Source: Mobula hypostoma (lineage: Eukaryota). Taken from it: a stretch of DNA of 64,000 nucleotides. The stretch lies in assembly GCF_963921235.1 (NCBI RefSeq), contig NC_086108.1, positions 77,130,001-77,194,000 on the forward strand. The letters run 5' to 3'. Shown one piece after another: positions 35,895 to 49,204 of the stretch. Numbering within the stretch: the stretch's first letter is position 1; each line of letters begins with the position of its first letter. The notes under the pieces were generated by a model. That model worked only from the letters and a program-made list of their open reading frames with translations, did no database searches and was not told where the DNA came from. A program made the translations under genes and the position numbers.

Positions 35895-36780
35895 TGTTTA
35901 GCCTTTCTCTATAACTCAGGTCCTCAAGTCCTGGCAACATCCTTGTAAATTTTCTCTGCAGTCTTTCAATCTTATTTACATCTTTCCTGTAAGGAGGTGC
36001 CAAAAACTGCACACATTACCTCATTGACATCTTATACAATTTCAAAATACCATCCCAACTTCTGTACTCAATACATTGATTTATGAAGGCCAATGTGCTA
36101 AAAGCTTTCTTTACAACCCTATCTACCTGTGATGTCAGTTTCAAAGAATTATGTTTCTGTGTTCTCAGATCCCTCTGTTCTACCACACTCCTCAGTGACC
36201 TACTGCTCACTGTGTAAGACGTACCCAGCACTTATCTGCATTCAATTCCATCTGCCATTTTTCAGACCATTTTTCCAGCCAGTCCATATCTTGCTCCAAG
36301 CATTGATAGTCTTCCTCACTGTCCACTATAGCCTCAATCTTGGTGATCCAGTTTACCACATTATCATCCAAATCATTGGTATCGATGACAAACAACAACG
36401 GACCCAGTACTGATCCCTATGGCACACAGGCCTCCTGTCAGAGATGCAACAATCTACAATACTCACTGGCTTTCTGTGAAGTCAATGTCTAATCCAATAT
36501 ACTACCTCATCTTGAATGCCAAGTGAATGCCCTTCTTGACCATGTGGGACTTTGGAAAGCCCATGACCTCACTGCTGCATTTCTTCACATCTATAGACTC
36601 TGCGTCCATCTCCCGAGTAAATACAGATGTAAAAAATCCATTTAACATCTCCCCCATGTCTTCCAGCTCCATGAATAGATTAACACTCTGATCTTCCAGA
36701 GGACCAATTTTGTCCCTTGATGTCCTTTTGCTCTTAATATATCTGTAGAAGCCCTTGCGATTCTTCTTCATCTTTTCTAC
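35895..36780 (-). mobile_element. CR1 LINE ORF2 fragments with internal deletions
   Basis: ORFs 36016-36231, 36207-36398 and 36502-36930 (KKNRKGFYRYIKSKR...FFTSVFT). Confidence 0.85.
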
Positions 36781-36789
36781 TAGTTCAAT

Positions 36790-39700
36790 CTCAAGGAGGA
36801 TGAAGAGCAGGGCCTGCAAGGTGGTAACCTCCGGATTACTCCCCATGCTATGAGCTAGTGAATGACAGAACAGGAAGATAGTGCAGATGAGTGAATGGCT
36901 GAGGAGATGGTGCAGGGCGCAGGGCTTCAAGTTCTTGGATCATTGGAAACTTTTCTGGGGAAGGGGTGACCTTTACAAGTGGGATGGGTTGCACCTGAAC
37001 TGGAGGGGAACCAATATCCTGGTAGGGAGGTTTGCTAATGCTACTGGGAAGGGTTTAAACTAGATTTGCAGCGGGGTGGGAACTGAAATGAAGAGGCAAA
37101 GAATGGGGTGGTTGGTGCACAAGTAGAGACAGCTTATACAGAGTTTGTGAGGAAGGACAGGCAGCTGACAGAGCAAAGATGCACTCAGCCAGATGGTTTC
37201 AGGTGTGTCTATTTTAATGCAAGGAGTATCATGAACTTAGAGTGTGGATCAATACATGGAACTATGACATTGTGGCCATTACAGAGACTTGGATGTCTCA
37301 GGGGCAGGAATTTCTGCTGAGTGTGCCAGGCCTTAGGTGTTTCAAAAAGGACAGGGAGGAAGGCAAAAGAGATGGAGGCATGACATTCCTAATTGGGGAT
37401 AGTATCATGGCTGCAGAAAAGGAAGAAATCATGGAGGGATTGTCTACTGAGTCAGTGTGGGTGGAAGTCAGAAACAGGAAGGGGGCAATAACTCTACTGG
37501 GTATTTTTATAGACCACCCCAATAGTAACAAGGATACTGAGGAGCAGATAGGGAGGCAGATTCTGGAACAGTGCAATAATAATAGGGTTGTTGTGATGGA
37601 TGATTTTAACTTTCCTCATATTGATTGGCATCTCCTTAAAGCAAGGGGTTTGGATGGGATGGAGTTTGTTAGGTGTGTTCAGGAAGGCTTCCTGATTTAA
37701 TATCTAGAAGAGAGGCTGTACTTAATCTGGTATTGGAAATGAACCTCTGATCTCTCGGTGGGAGAGCATCTTGGAGGTAGTGATCACAATTCTATCTGCT
37801 TTACCATAGCGCTGGAGAGGGATAGGTGCAGACAATTTGGGAAAAAAATTAATTGGGCTGGGGGAAATATGAAGCTATTAGGCAGGAACTCGGGAATATA
37901 AACTGGGAGCAGATGTTCTCAGGGAAGTGCATGGCAGAAATGTTCAGAGAACATTTGCATGGCATTCTGCATAGGTATGTTCCATTGAAGCAGGTAAAGG
38001 ATGGTAGGGTAAGAGAACCATGGTGTATAAATGATGTAAAAAAAATCTAGTTAAGAAGAAAAGCTTACAAAAGGTTCAGGAAACTAGGTACTGTTAGAGT
38101 TCTAGAAAATTACAAGGGTTCCAGGGAGGACCTCAAGAATGAAATTAGGAGAGCTAAAAGGGGCCATGAGAAGGCCTTGGTGAGCAGGATTAAGGAAAAC
38201 CCCAAGCCAATCTACAAGTATGTGAAGACCAAGAGGATGAGCCATGTGAGAATAGGACCAATCAGGTGTGATAATGGAAACGTGTACATGGAGTCAGAGG
38301 AGGTAGTGGAGGTACTTAATGAAATCTTTTTTCCAGTATTCACCAGGGAAAAGGACCTTGGGAATTGTGGGGATGACTTACAGTGGACTGAAACACTTGA
38401 ACACATAGACATTAAGAAAGAGGATGTGCTAGAGCTTTTGAAAGGCATTAAGTCTGATAAGTTGCTGGGTCCAGCTGAGGTGTACCCCAGGCTACTGTGA
38501 GAAGCAAGGGAGGAGATTGCTGAGCCTCTGGCAATGATCTTTGCATCATCAATAGGGACAGGAGAAGTTCCAGAAGATTAGAAAGTTGCAAAAATTGTTC
38601 ATTTGTTCAAGAAAGGGAGTAGAGATAACTCAGGAAATTATAGACCAGTGAGTCTTACTTCAGTAGTGGGCAGGTTGTTGAAGATCCTGAGAGGCAGAAT
38701 TTATGAGCATTTGGAGAGACCTAATCTGATTAGAGATACTCAGCATAGCTTTGTCAAGGGCAATTCATGACTTGCAAGCCTGATTGAATTTTTTGAGAAT
38801 GTAGCAAAACACATTAATGAAGTTAGAGCAGTGGACGTATATGGATTTTAGTAAGGCATTTGATAAGGTTCCCCATGCAAGGCTCATTCAGAAAGTAATG
38901 AGGCATGGGATCCAAGGAGACTTTGCTTTGTGGATCCAGAATTGGCTTGCCCATTGAAGGTAGGGGATGGTTGTAGATTGTTCCTATTCTGCATGGAAGT
39001 CGGTGACCAGCGGTGCTCCACAGGTATCTGTTCTTGGAACCCTCCTCTTTGTGATTTTTATAAATGATCTGGATGAGGAAGTAGAAGGGTGGGTTAGTAA
39101 GTTTGCTGATGACACAAAGGTTGAGGGTGTTGTGGATAGTCTGGAGGGTTGTCAGAGGTTAAAGCAGGAGGTCGATAGGATGCAGAACTGGGCTGAGAAG
39201 TGGAAGATGGAGTTCAACCCAGATAAATGTGAAACCAGATAAATGTGAACGAAGGGTCTCGGCCTGAAACGTCGACTGTACCTCTTCCTAGGGATGCCTG
39301 CTGCGTTCACCAGCAACTTTGATGTGTGTTGCTTGAATTTCCAGCATCTGCAGAATTCCTGTTGTTTGCGTTGTTAAATGTGAACTGGTTCATTTTGGTA
39401 GGTTAAATTTGAAGACAGAATATAATATTAATGGTAAGATTCTTGGGAGCGTGGAGGATCAGAGAGATCTTGCGGTCCTGTCCACGGGACACTCAAAGCT
39501 GCTGTGCAGGTTGACAGTGTTGTTAAGAAGGCGTATGGTGAGTTGGCCTTCATCAACCATGGGATTGAGTTTAAGAGTCGTGATGTAACGTTACAACTAT
39601 ATAAGACCTTAGTTAGACCCCACTTGGAGTACTGTGTTCAGTTCTGGTCACCTCACTACAGGAAGGATGTGGATACTATAGACAGATTACAGAGAAGAGT

Positions 39701-40157
39701 TACAAGGATGTTGCTTGGATTGGAGAGCGTGCCTGATAAGAATAGATTGGGTGAATTTGGCCTTTTCTCCTTGGAGCAACAGAGGATGAGAGGTGACCGA
39801 ACAGAGGTGTATAAGATGATGAGAGGCATTGTTCATTTGGATAGCCAGAGGCTTTTTCCCAGGGCTGAAATGGCTAACTCGAAGGGGCAGAGTTTTAAGG
39901 TGCTCAGAAGTAGGTACAGGGGTAAGTTTTTCACACAGAGATTGGTGGGTGCATGGAATGCTCTGCTGGCAGTGCTGGTGGAAGTGGACACAATAGAGAC
40001 TTCTAACAGACTCCTAGATAGGTATATGGAGCTTAGAAAAATAGAGGGCTATGTGAAAGGGAAATTCTAGACAGTTTCTAGAGTAGGTTACATGATTGGC
40101 ACAACATTGTGGGCTATAGGGCCTGTAACGTGCTGCAATTTCTATGTTCTATGTTCT
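36790..40157 (+). mobile_element. Near full-length CR1 LINE (ORF1 esterase C-terminal half, ORF2 APE-RT), pseudogenised
   Basis: WLRRWCRAQGFKFLDHW...DGLHLN (SGNH esterase); YDIVAITETW and DFNFPHIDW (APE); SKFADDTK (RT); many stops and frameshifts; (TTCTATG)n tail. Confidence 0.95.
39251..39374 (+). mobile_element. Penelope terminal-repeat fragment inserted in the CR1 RT, 11-bp TSD
   Basis: Flanked by TAAATGTGAAC at 39240-39250 and 39375-39385. Confidence 0.85.
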
Positions 40158-40849
40158 AAAATAGAAGAACAGCAAATGAATGACAGAAAAATGTTAGATA
40201 CGCAAAGCTGCCTGTCCACTTCCCCCACGCAAGCAGCAGCAAGCATCAATGCATCAACCCCCCACCCGTTTCAGAAAGAAGTGTCAGCACCACCACCCAC
40301 CAAGCAACAGCAAAGCACCCAAAGAGAGATGATGATCTGCAGTCAACACAAACTACTATTTACCCGACAGTCCGACGTACCACAGGCTCTCTCTCTCTCA
40401 CTAACAAGGGTCAGGGAGGTATCACCTATTTTCACAGCCGACGGGGAGACTGACAGTCGCTGTTACGGTGTTACAGTCTGCCATGTTGCTTTTTATTCTG
40501 AGAATCAGCAGCAAACTCTCCCCACCGTTGAGAGAAAGAGGGAGAGAGTGCAACCTCCATCCGTATGTCCACCGCAGTGAAATCCTGATGTTCCACCTCC
40601 CAGGATGCCTCAACCAACAACACTTTCCTGGAATCAGTTGCCCACAGGGTCGCGCCCCAGAGGCACCATCTTGCAAACTGTATCTGGAGAATATTGGAAA
40701 ACCGTCAGCCGGCAACCTCCATGAACGGGAACTCATCCGCTGTAAAACAAAACGCAGTTTGAGTGCCACTTGCAGATCAGGAAAAAAGAGACATTAAAGA
40801 GCGGAATTTAATCTATTTCCGCAGATGAGCTCAAAGAGGCAGTGCCTTC

Positions 40850-42170
40850 TTAACTCTGCCCATCATAATTCCACATGCCTGTCCATGCCATAAGTTCATC
40901 ATTCACCTTTCCTACAATACTCATTGCATTGAGATATATGCAGCTCGGAACATTGGTCTCACCATGCTCAGCCTTTTGACTCCTGACCTTGTATGTAGGC
41001 TTAAAAACCTCTTTCTCCACAATCACTCCACTATCTGTTCTGGCTCTCTGGTTCCCACCCTCCTGCAACTCTGGCTTAAGATCCCCTGTGCAGCACTAGC
41101 AAACCTTCCTACTAGGATATTAGTCCCCTCCAGTTCAGCTGCAAACTGTCCCTTTTCTTCAGAGACTGCAATGATCAAAAATTCTCCCTCCTGCACCAAC
41201 TCATTAGCCATGTGTTATACAGTATGATCTTCCCATTTCTCATTAGCAAATGATATGTATAGCAATCCTGAGATCATAACCTTGGGGATCTTTTCATTTA
41301 ATTTAACACCTAGCTCCCTAAGCTCTTTTGCAGGACCTCATTACCCATCCGATCCATGCCATTGGTACCAAAGTGGACAACAACTGCTGGCTACTCACCC
41401 TTCCACCAGAATGCTGTGGACTTGATCTGAGATGTCCCTGACCCTGGCACCAAACCATCTTGGAATTTCGTTCTCTTTCACAGAACCTCCTTTCTGTTCC
41501 CCTAACCAATGAATCCCCTATCACTACAGCTTGCCTCCTCCCTTCCCTTCTGAGCCACAGAGCCAGACTCCATGCCAGAAACCTAACCACTTTGGCTTTC
41601 CTCTGCCAGGTCATCCCCGCAACATTATCCAGAGTTGAGGGGTTGGCCTCGGTGGTACACTGCACTGGCTACCTATCCCCTTTCCCCTTCCTGACTGACC
41701 TGTGTCCTACACTTTGAGTGTAACTACCTCCATGTATGTCCTGTCTATCAACCCCTCTGTCTCCAGAATGATCAGGAGTCCATTCAGTTCCAGCTCCAGC
41801 TCCTTAACACCGTCTGTTAGAAGCTGCAGCTGGATGCACTTCTTGCAGGTGTGTCATCAGGGACACTGGAGGTCTCCCTGCCTTCCCACAACTCGCAAGA
41901 CAACCATTCAACTATCCAGACGTGCAATAAGATATAAGAAATAAAGAAAGAACAAGTAACAAAAAGAAATGACCTGCAGCCTACACCGCTCCTCACTGAA
42001 GCCTCGATGAGCCAGAGCCTGAACTCTCCACTCTACCACTTGCCTGCTCACAATGCCACTCTGCTTAAAGCTAACTTCTTCTTCAAGTGCCTAATTATGC
42101 ACAATTTCATGACTCCTTGTGACTGTGGCACGCAAAAACGTGCCAATTGCCCCGGTCACTTCTTTTAAAC
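40850..42170 (-). mobile_element. CR1 LINE 5' part (5' UTR, ORF1 esterase, start of APE)
   Basis: RQAVVIGDSLVRGTERRFC (GDS esterase motif), GTNILVGRFA, SCIYLNAMSIVGK. Confidence 0.88.
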
Positions 42171-44104
42171 TCTCTCTCCCTCTACGTAATCCAATGGTTC
42201 TTTGGGATTATGGTGTGCAAAATAGAGGCTGAAACATTCGAGACTTTTAAGAGACATTTAGGCAGACACATAAGTGTGAGGTATATGGAAGCTATTTGAT
42301 TAATAATTTAATATTGTGGGCCAAAGGGCCTGTGCTGTACTGTTCCGTGTTCTATGTTGTATCAATGTGACTTTCCTTTTGTGGAATTGTTTCTATCTGA
42401 TTTAGGCCCCTACTGCATTAATACCTATGTCTGTGTACCAGGTGAGCTTCAGACCCAGCAAAATGCCTTACACTGAGCAAAGTTCAAATTGCCACCTGAT
42501 TCAAAGATTATTATGCATAAGCATTGTGTGCATTTTTGAAGGTAATTCATGCCCAGTAATAAATGAATACCTTCAGCAACTTAGAAGGAAAGTAGGATGA
42601 AATGTGATATTCAGCAAAAGACAACACGAGATAGACGAGAGGTGCAGAGGTATTAGATCCTAGCTACCAGGCTCAGGAACAGTTGTTGCCCTACAACCAT
42701 TGGGCTCCTGGACTGGCGTGGAGGGCTTCACTCACCTCAGCACTGAAATGACTACACAGCCTGTAGGCTCACTTGCAGAGACTCTGCCTTTGTTGTTTCT
42801 GGTTTTTCACGGATTCTGTTGTTTTCATCATTTTCCAATGGATGCCTGCAAGAAAATGAATCTCAATGTGTATATAGTATTTATACTTTGATAATAAATT
42901 TACTTTGAACTTTGAGATTCTTATCAATCTGCAAGATCCTTTCTTGAATTCACTGAGGAGGTGAAGGTAATGCAAACTGCCAACGTGCCAGAGAGCAAAT
43001 ATTGTGTAACAACAAAAGACAGCCTGGATACAAGTTGTCCATTTTGCCTAGAAGTATCATTTCGGTAAGCATGTTTGTCAGGGAATTACTGTAGGTTTCC
43101 TTACACAATGATGCAGGTAATCCCCACTGGCCTATCTTCAAGCAGAATATGATCCTCACAACCACATGGTGGCAGTGTAATACAGTGTATGTGCTACTTG
43201 GATGCTCTAAATAAAAGCAGGAAAAAGTTGCTCGTGAAGATTATAGAGTTGTTGAAGATAAAATAATTGGGACAAATGTTGTAGGTAGATGAAGTTAAAA
43301 GAATTGACCTTTGCAATAGAGAGATGGAACTGAAATTATTTTTAAGTATAATTGTATTTAAGTTGACATTTGGGGCATTCATTAGGAATTGACACAGATC
43401 AGTGCTCAAACATTTGGACGCTATTCAAACTGGAGCAGCAGACTATGGACAGGATGGTTGACAGCAGGTCCATGCATGTGATGTATTGGTATAAAAAGAC
43501 CAATGAGCATGTGTGATGCACTATGCTGGTTTGATGTCACTGGCATAAATTGTACCACATTTGAGGCCTGCAATAACACTTAAAAGATCAGAAGTGGAGG
43601 GCTGAGATCTGTTTCTTCATTGATTTAAGGTGTCTACCTCTCTAGGGCTACTGTTAGAGGGTGCGACAATAGCTCAGGTAAGGGTCTTCTTTAACCTTCT
43701 GATTTTGATTGCTCCCACCATCTATACTGCAGCAGCCCATTGACATCTGCGTGTACCTTGCTCATATCAAAATAAACAAGAAAAAGGATAAAATACTTAC
43801 TTTCTATTTGATCAATTCTGTTTCAATGTAGCCTTTCTTTGGTGGAGTTGTTCTATCAAAGATGATGTAAGAATCAGGCTGATGATTTAAGTTTGCATTA
43901 TGCTTTAGGCACCAATGAAGTTTGTCTTATTGTTTACAGTTGGAACCCAGGTGCAAAAGGCTAGGTTATTTTGCAAAATGAAGCACACTCTGGGGAATAA
44001 AACTTTCAAAATAATGGGGAACCTTTACAATTTTCCATATGGGAAATACAACTGGGGCTGAATTACCTGGAACCTGAAAGTGGGCAAGGGATGTTTATTA
44101 AAGA

Positions 44105-44345
44105 CAGAGGAAAGAATAGCTTTATTTGTCACATGTACATCAAAACATTAAAACACACAGTGAAATTCGCTGTTTATATCAATGACCAACACAGTCCAAG
44201 GATGTGCTGTGAACAGCCTGCAAGTGTTGCCATGCTTTCTGCACCCACATTGCACACCCACAACTCACTAACCCTTAGTAACCCATGTCTTTGGAATGTG
44301 GGAGGGAACTGGAGCACCCAGATTCACGGGGAGAACATTAGCCGC
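44105..44345 (-). mobile_element. V-SINE-like SINE fragment with a Rex1-type tail
   Basis: TCTTTGGAATGTGGGAGGGAACTGGAGCACCC...ACGGGGAGAAC is the reverse V-domain; AGCTTTATTTGTCAC tail. Confidence 0.65.
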
Positions 44346-46907
44346 TATGCCAATGGAACAATTTACAGTGTCAGCCACCCCCTTATTGTATTAATTGGAT
44401 TAACCCCTTGTCTACTGTTTCATTTTCAGGCAATACATCATTTTTGTTTTAGCAGCCATTGAACTTAAAACTAGTTGGCATTGCCTAAAGCCAGCCTGCA
44501 CGAGAGAAACCATATTTCAGGTTACGACAAGTATTGGCGGGCTTCCTGGAACTCAGTCTGACTCACTCTGACTGGCAAACATTGAAGAATGGCATTTCAT
44601 GTGGAAAAATAGAGTCCGCGATTTACATACTGCTCTGGAGGTACTAATGAAGGAGGTGCAGAGATGTCATATTTCTGCACTGATTCAGAAGGCCTTTCCA
44701 CTGACACTCAGGGCCAGAAGAAAGAGACTGATCTGTGGATCAGTGCAGGGGTCAAGTCTCTGGGTACTGGATGCCTTACTGTAACATGTTCAATGCTCTT
44801 ATGTACATAGTTCTGAATGTCCACCAGTACATCAGTAAGCTCAAGCATCTCTCAATCTTTCCACAACCCTTTCACCCACCAAACAGCAATTTGTACTGCA
44901 GAATCAGGGGTGAAAATAACTTTTTACCATCTATTGGGTCCAGCAGTCAATATGGGCAAACGTACACTGTCAACAGGCCTGAGTCCGTGTCCATTGGAGA
45001 CCGGAGCTGGGGGCCTGTTCTGGGATTAAATGGACTGTGTATTTGCATGGATGGGAGGGAGGAAACAACTTTTTTTGCTGTTGTTGTTTGTTGCTTCTTG
45101 TGTTCCATGTTCTTCGAACAATGTAGGCATGCTATGTAGGTACCAAAATGTTTGGTGACACTTGTTCTCTGCTCCTTGCACAACTCTAACTATATTGGCT
45201 GTTAATACAAACAGCAAATTTCACTGTGTTTCGATGTGCACGTGAAAAAATAAACTTGAATTTTGAAATGGGGAAACACCAGAATTCATTCGGACGCTCA
45301 CAACCATCAGCTCCATGATTGGCCTAATATAGAAGATAGCTTAGAGGCCAGGCTGCACATGTTGTGAGAATGTGCACGAAGTTTCTCACAGGCAGGGCAG
45401 TGGATGAAGGAAGTGCATCTGCCAACACGCTAGCAGGCAGGATCACACCAGGAAGCTGAGATGAAGACTTGGAAGGAGTAGGGCGCAGAAGAAGGCCGGT
45501 ATGTTTATACAATCAAAAGCTCGGTGTCATTTCCAGGACTGTCAGCACTGGTCAATGTCTCAACTTCCATTGCAACTGAAGCAGATATTCAAAATGCCTT
45601 TCCAAACACTTCTGCAATCCTCTGATCTGCTTGTAATGGATTAAACAAGCTCTGCTCCATGTGGGAGATGGTGATGTAGATCACAAAAATACGTGTATAA
45701 CTCTAAGACTATGACTTCTGGATTTTCATCATCACCACTGCTGTAGTGCCTTTACTGGGGCCTGCCAGCATTCTGGGCCCTGGCTGCTCATAGTCAGCTT
45801 CCAAAACGGTTGGCAGTCTTTGGCACTGAAAATAGAAATCTTTCTAATGGCTGTGCTTCAGCCATTGGTAGTGCTGTGCAGCAGGAGTAGAGGAAAAGGC
45901 ACATAGAAATCAGGGAGGTGGGGGAAGCACAAAGCTGACTAATTGACATTTCCACGAAAAAATAGCATGCTTTGATTTATAATATTGCTTGGAGAGTTTA
46001 TTTTGCATTGGAATTTCTTCTTGCCATGTGGCAAAGTGAAGGCTGAGATATGTAATGAGAGAGGGAAGAGAGGATATGGACTGTTGACAAATGTGAAATT
46101 GGGGTTAAAGTTTGGGACAGCCTAACCAGAAAAGTTTTATTTCATTTTCCTCTTCCAAGCCCTCACGAGTCAGCATCTGTGATGCCAAGACCTTGATGTC
46201 CATGGTGCCAGGTGTTCTGGGATACCTTTAGAGCATTCCATGCAATTAAAACAAGTCTCTCTGGCAAATTATAAACATAAGAGGTTCTGAGATGCGGGAA
46301 ATCCAGAACAATGAACTTCTGAAGGAACTCAGAGAGTTAGGCAGCATCTATATAGAGGAATAAGCAGATGACACTTCAAGTCCTAATGAGAGTTCTCTAT
46401 CTGAAATGTTGGCTGATTATTCCTTTCCATAGATGCTGCTTGACCTGCTGAGTTCCTCCAACATTTTGTGTGTGAGTCTGTGTAGTACATATTGTGATGT
46501 TCGTTTGCCCGCTGTCCATCGTGCATGGGTTTCAAATAGAGACACTCATGATTATGTTTGTAAACAGCATTTGTTGCACTCTTTGGTGCTTCAGATGCAT
46601 ATGGTACATCAAAGTGATATACAATGAAGGCACTATGACTGCTGCTAAAATACTGTGCATGGATTTGCATGATTTGCTACCGCTGTTCAGACACAGAGTG
46701 GACACTGAAGGAGTGGAAATGTTTTTTTTTGTTATAATATATCCCAGAATTGGTAAGTTGCAGATGCAAACAATAATGCATGTGGTCAGCGGCATCCTGC
46801 ACCATCCTTGTGAAGCTGTAGGCTTGGCTCATTTTCTTCTTTCTAAGAAAGAGAATAAAAGTTTTTGTCAGTAGCAACCCCTAGTGTCTTCCCTTACTCA
46901 ATATGAT

Positions 46908-47512
46908 ATAAGAACATAAGAAATAGGAGCAGGAGTAGGCCATCTGGCCTGTCGAGCCTGCTCTGCCATTCAATAAGATCACGGCTGATCTGGCCATGGA
47001 CTCATCTCTAGCTACCTGCCTTTTCCCCATAACCCTTAATTCCCCTACTATACAAAACTCTATCCAACCTTGTCTTAAACATAATTACTGAGGTAGCATC
47101 CACTGCTTCATTGGGCAGAGAATTCCACAGATTCACCACTCTTTGGGAAAAGCAGTTTCTCCTCATCATCCTAAATTTACTCCCCCGAATCTTGAGACTA
47201 TGTCCTAGTTCTAGTCTCACCTACCAGTAGAAACAACTTTCTTGTCTCTATCTTATCTGTCCCTTTCATAATTTTATATGTTTCTATGAGATCTCCTCTC
47301 ATTCTTCTGAATTCCAGTGAGTACAGTCCCAGGCGACTCAATCTCTCCTCATAGTCTAATCCCCTCATCTCTGGAATCAACCTGGTGAACCTCCTCTGCA
47401 CTGCCTCCAAAGCCAGTATATCCTTCAAGTATGGAGACCAGAATTGCACGCAGTACTCCAGCTGTAGCTTCATCAGTACCCTGTGTAGTTGCAGCATAAC
47501 CTCCTTGTTCTT
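46908..47512 (-). mobile_element. CR1 LINE 3' fragment, young
   Basis: ORFs 47198-47497 (LEYCVQFWSPYLK...LGLYSLEFRRMRGDLIETYKI) and 47008-47220; (ATAAGAAC) tail. Confidence 0.93.
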
Positions 47513-47598
47513 ATGGCAAAGTGCAAAACTGTTAATATTTCCAGCCCTGCCCTAAAATAAAACTGTCAAATATACGTTAGCCGTATGGTCCTTTCCTA

Positions 47599-47770
47599 CA
47601 ACACACATCAAAGTTGCTGGTGAACGCAGCAGGCCAGGCAGCAACTCTAGGAAGAGGTAGAGATGCTCTACTCTACCCTGCTCATCTCTAGAGATGCTGC
47701 CTGGCCTGCTGCGTTCACCAGCAACTTTGATGTGTGTTGCTTGAATTTCCAGCATTTGCAGAATTCCTCG
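47599..47770. mobile_element. Fold-back Penelope terminal-repeat insertion, 13-bp TSD
   Basis: Inverted arms around a short filler; flanked by TGGTCCTTTCCTA at 47586-47598 and 47771-47783. Confidence 0.85.
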
Positions 47771-49204
47771 TGGTCCTTTCCTAGCTGTGTAAACTTGCAT
47801 CCAACTGCAACAAGTGGAAGGTACCAATGAGGAGGCCCTTACTCAAGTGCAAGCACCTCATTCACAGTTTCTTCCCGAAGATCGGATGGGAGTATTGCTG
47901 TATGAATACCCTTTTAGACATGGCCTTCTTCAGTGAGCAGTTCCCCCATTTCTCTTCCTCTTTAACTTGCCCTGGATGCATCCTGTTTAACTTTCGGGCA
48001 TGCTGCCTGCAAGGGAATGTCTGCTAGTGCACCCATGTCTGGTATCAACATAGTTGCCCATCAGTATCCATCGCTCTGCAGATATTAGTAATTTTCAACA
48101 ACTCCAGAGTTCGATAAACACTTGTAGTCAGAGTAGGTAAGCAACAATTTGCAAGGGCAGAACACAGGTGGTAATCTCTTTAAATAACCCTGGTGAAATT
48201 GTCCTTCCTGCTACAGAGTATGCTTTAAAATGGGAATAGTTCAGACAGTGTGCTCGAGCTTCAAGATAGCAGCACTGTTGTAAAAAGCACTTAGAACAAT
48301 CTTAAAAAAAGAACTGGATTTTCTGTAAATATGTATTGAAAATTGAAACACAAACACCAGAAGAATACTGATATTACATTTTGATTAGGCCTAAAAATAA
48401 AGTCATATTAAGATCAAAATCAGGAAATGAGACCAGTATTAAAGCATACTACTTTATCACTAAATTAATGATGATTGAATCTGTGAGAATCAAAGAGTAT
48501 TTCTAACTTCTACTGGTGTATTATGTAACATGCCTACAGGTTTTCATTAGAACTGTTTGCCATACACTTTTGTTCTCATACTGTTACTTGACATAATAAT
48601 TTATTTCATCTTCAGAAAGGGAAAAATGCTGTTATGAAAAATGAGCCTTACCTGAGAAGGGCCTAAGTTTAACACCAATAAGATGGGCCAAATAGCCAAA
48701 TCTTTGTTGGAATTCAACTTCTTAAAAGGGCTTCAGATTTACAGAAAATTGCACGTTCTACAGCTGTGATGACACTTTTCAGCGCCATAACTGATGAACA
48801 GAATAATCGGAACAAACTTCTATTCTGTGACATGCACTGTGTCTCATTCCCAGAAAATCAGAAGCTGTACTGTCTGGGCACTTTAAAATGGGTGAGATCT
48901 AGCACTTAAAAATAGGTTTCAGTCTGTTCACATATAATTGATAGGTTAAACACTATTAATTATTCTTCACATAGTGAAGCAATCTATATCTGCATACATC
49001 AAGGCTGTAATGATACCCAGGCCTTGGTTAGTAAATGGAAATAGATATTCCCCACCAGTGAGTATCTAACCACCTTCCTTTGACTAATTTTGATTCAGTA
49101 TAGACAATACCAGAACTTAGTGCCCATCCCTAATTTTCCTGAACTGAGGCGGGTTTAGTTACAACATGACTGGAATGTGTAGGATCACATATACATTCAG
49201 TAGA

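Noticed and set aside
39504..40070. 188-aa ORF
   Set aside because: CR1 ORF2 C-terminus; the upstream frame is broken by stops and an insertion, so it is not an active element or host gene.
43630..43677. Possible 48-nt exon (TAAG|GTG...CAG|GTAAGG; VSTSLGLLLEGATIAQ)
   Set aside because: Acceptor is only moderate and the peptide is not recognised; within chance expectation for 64 kb.
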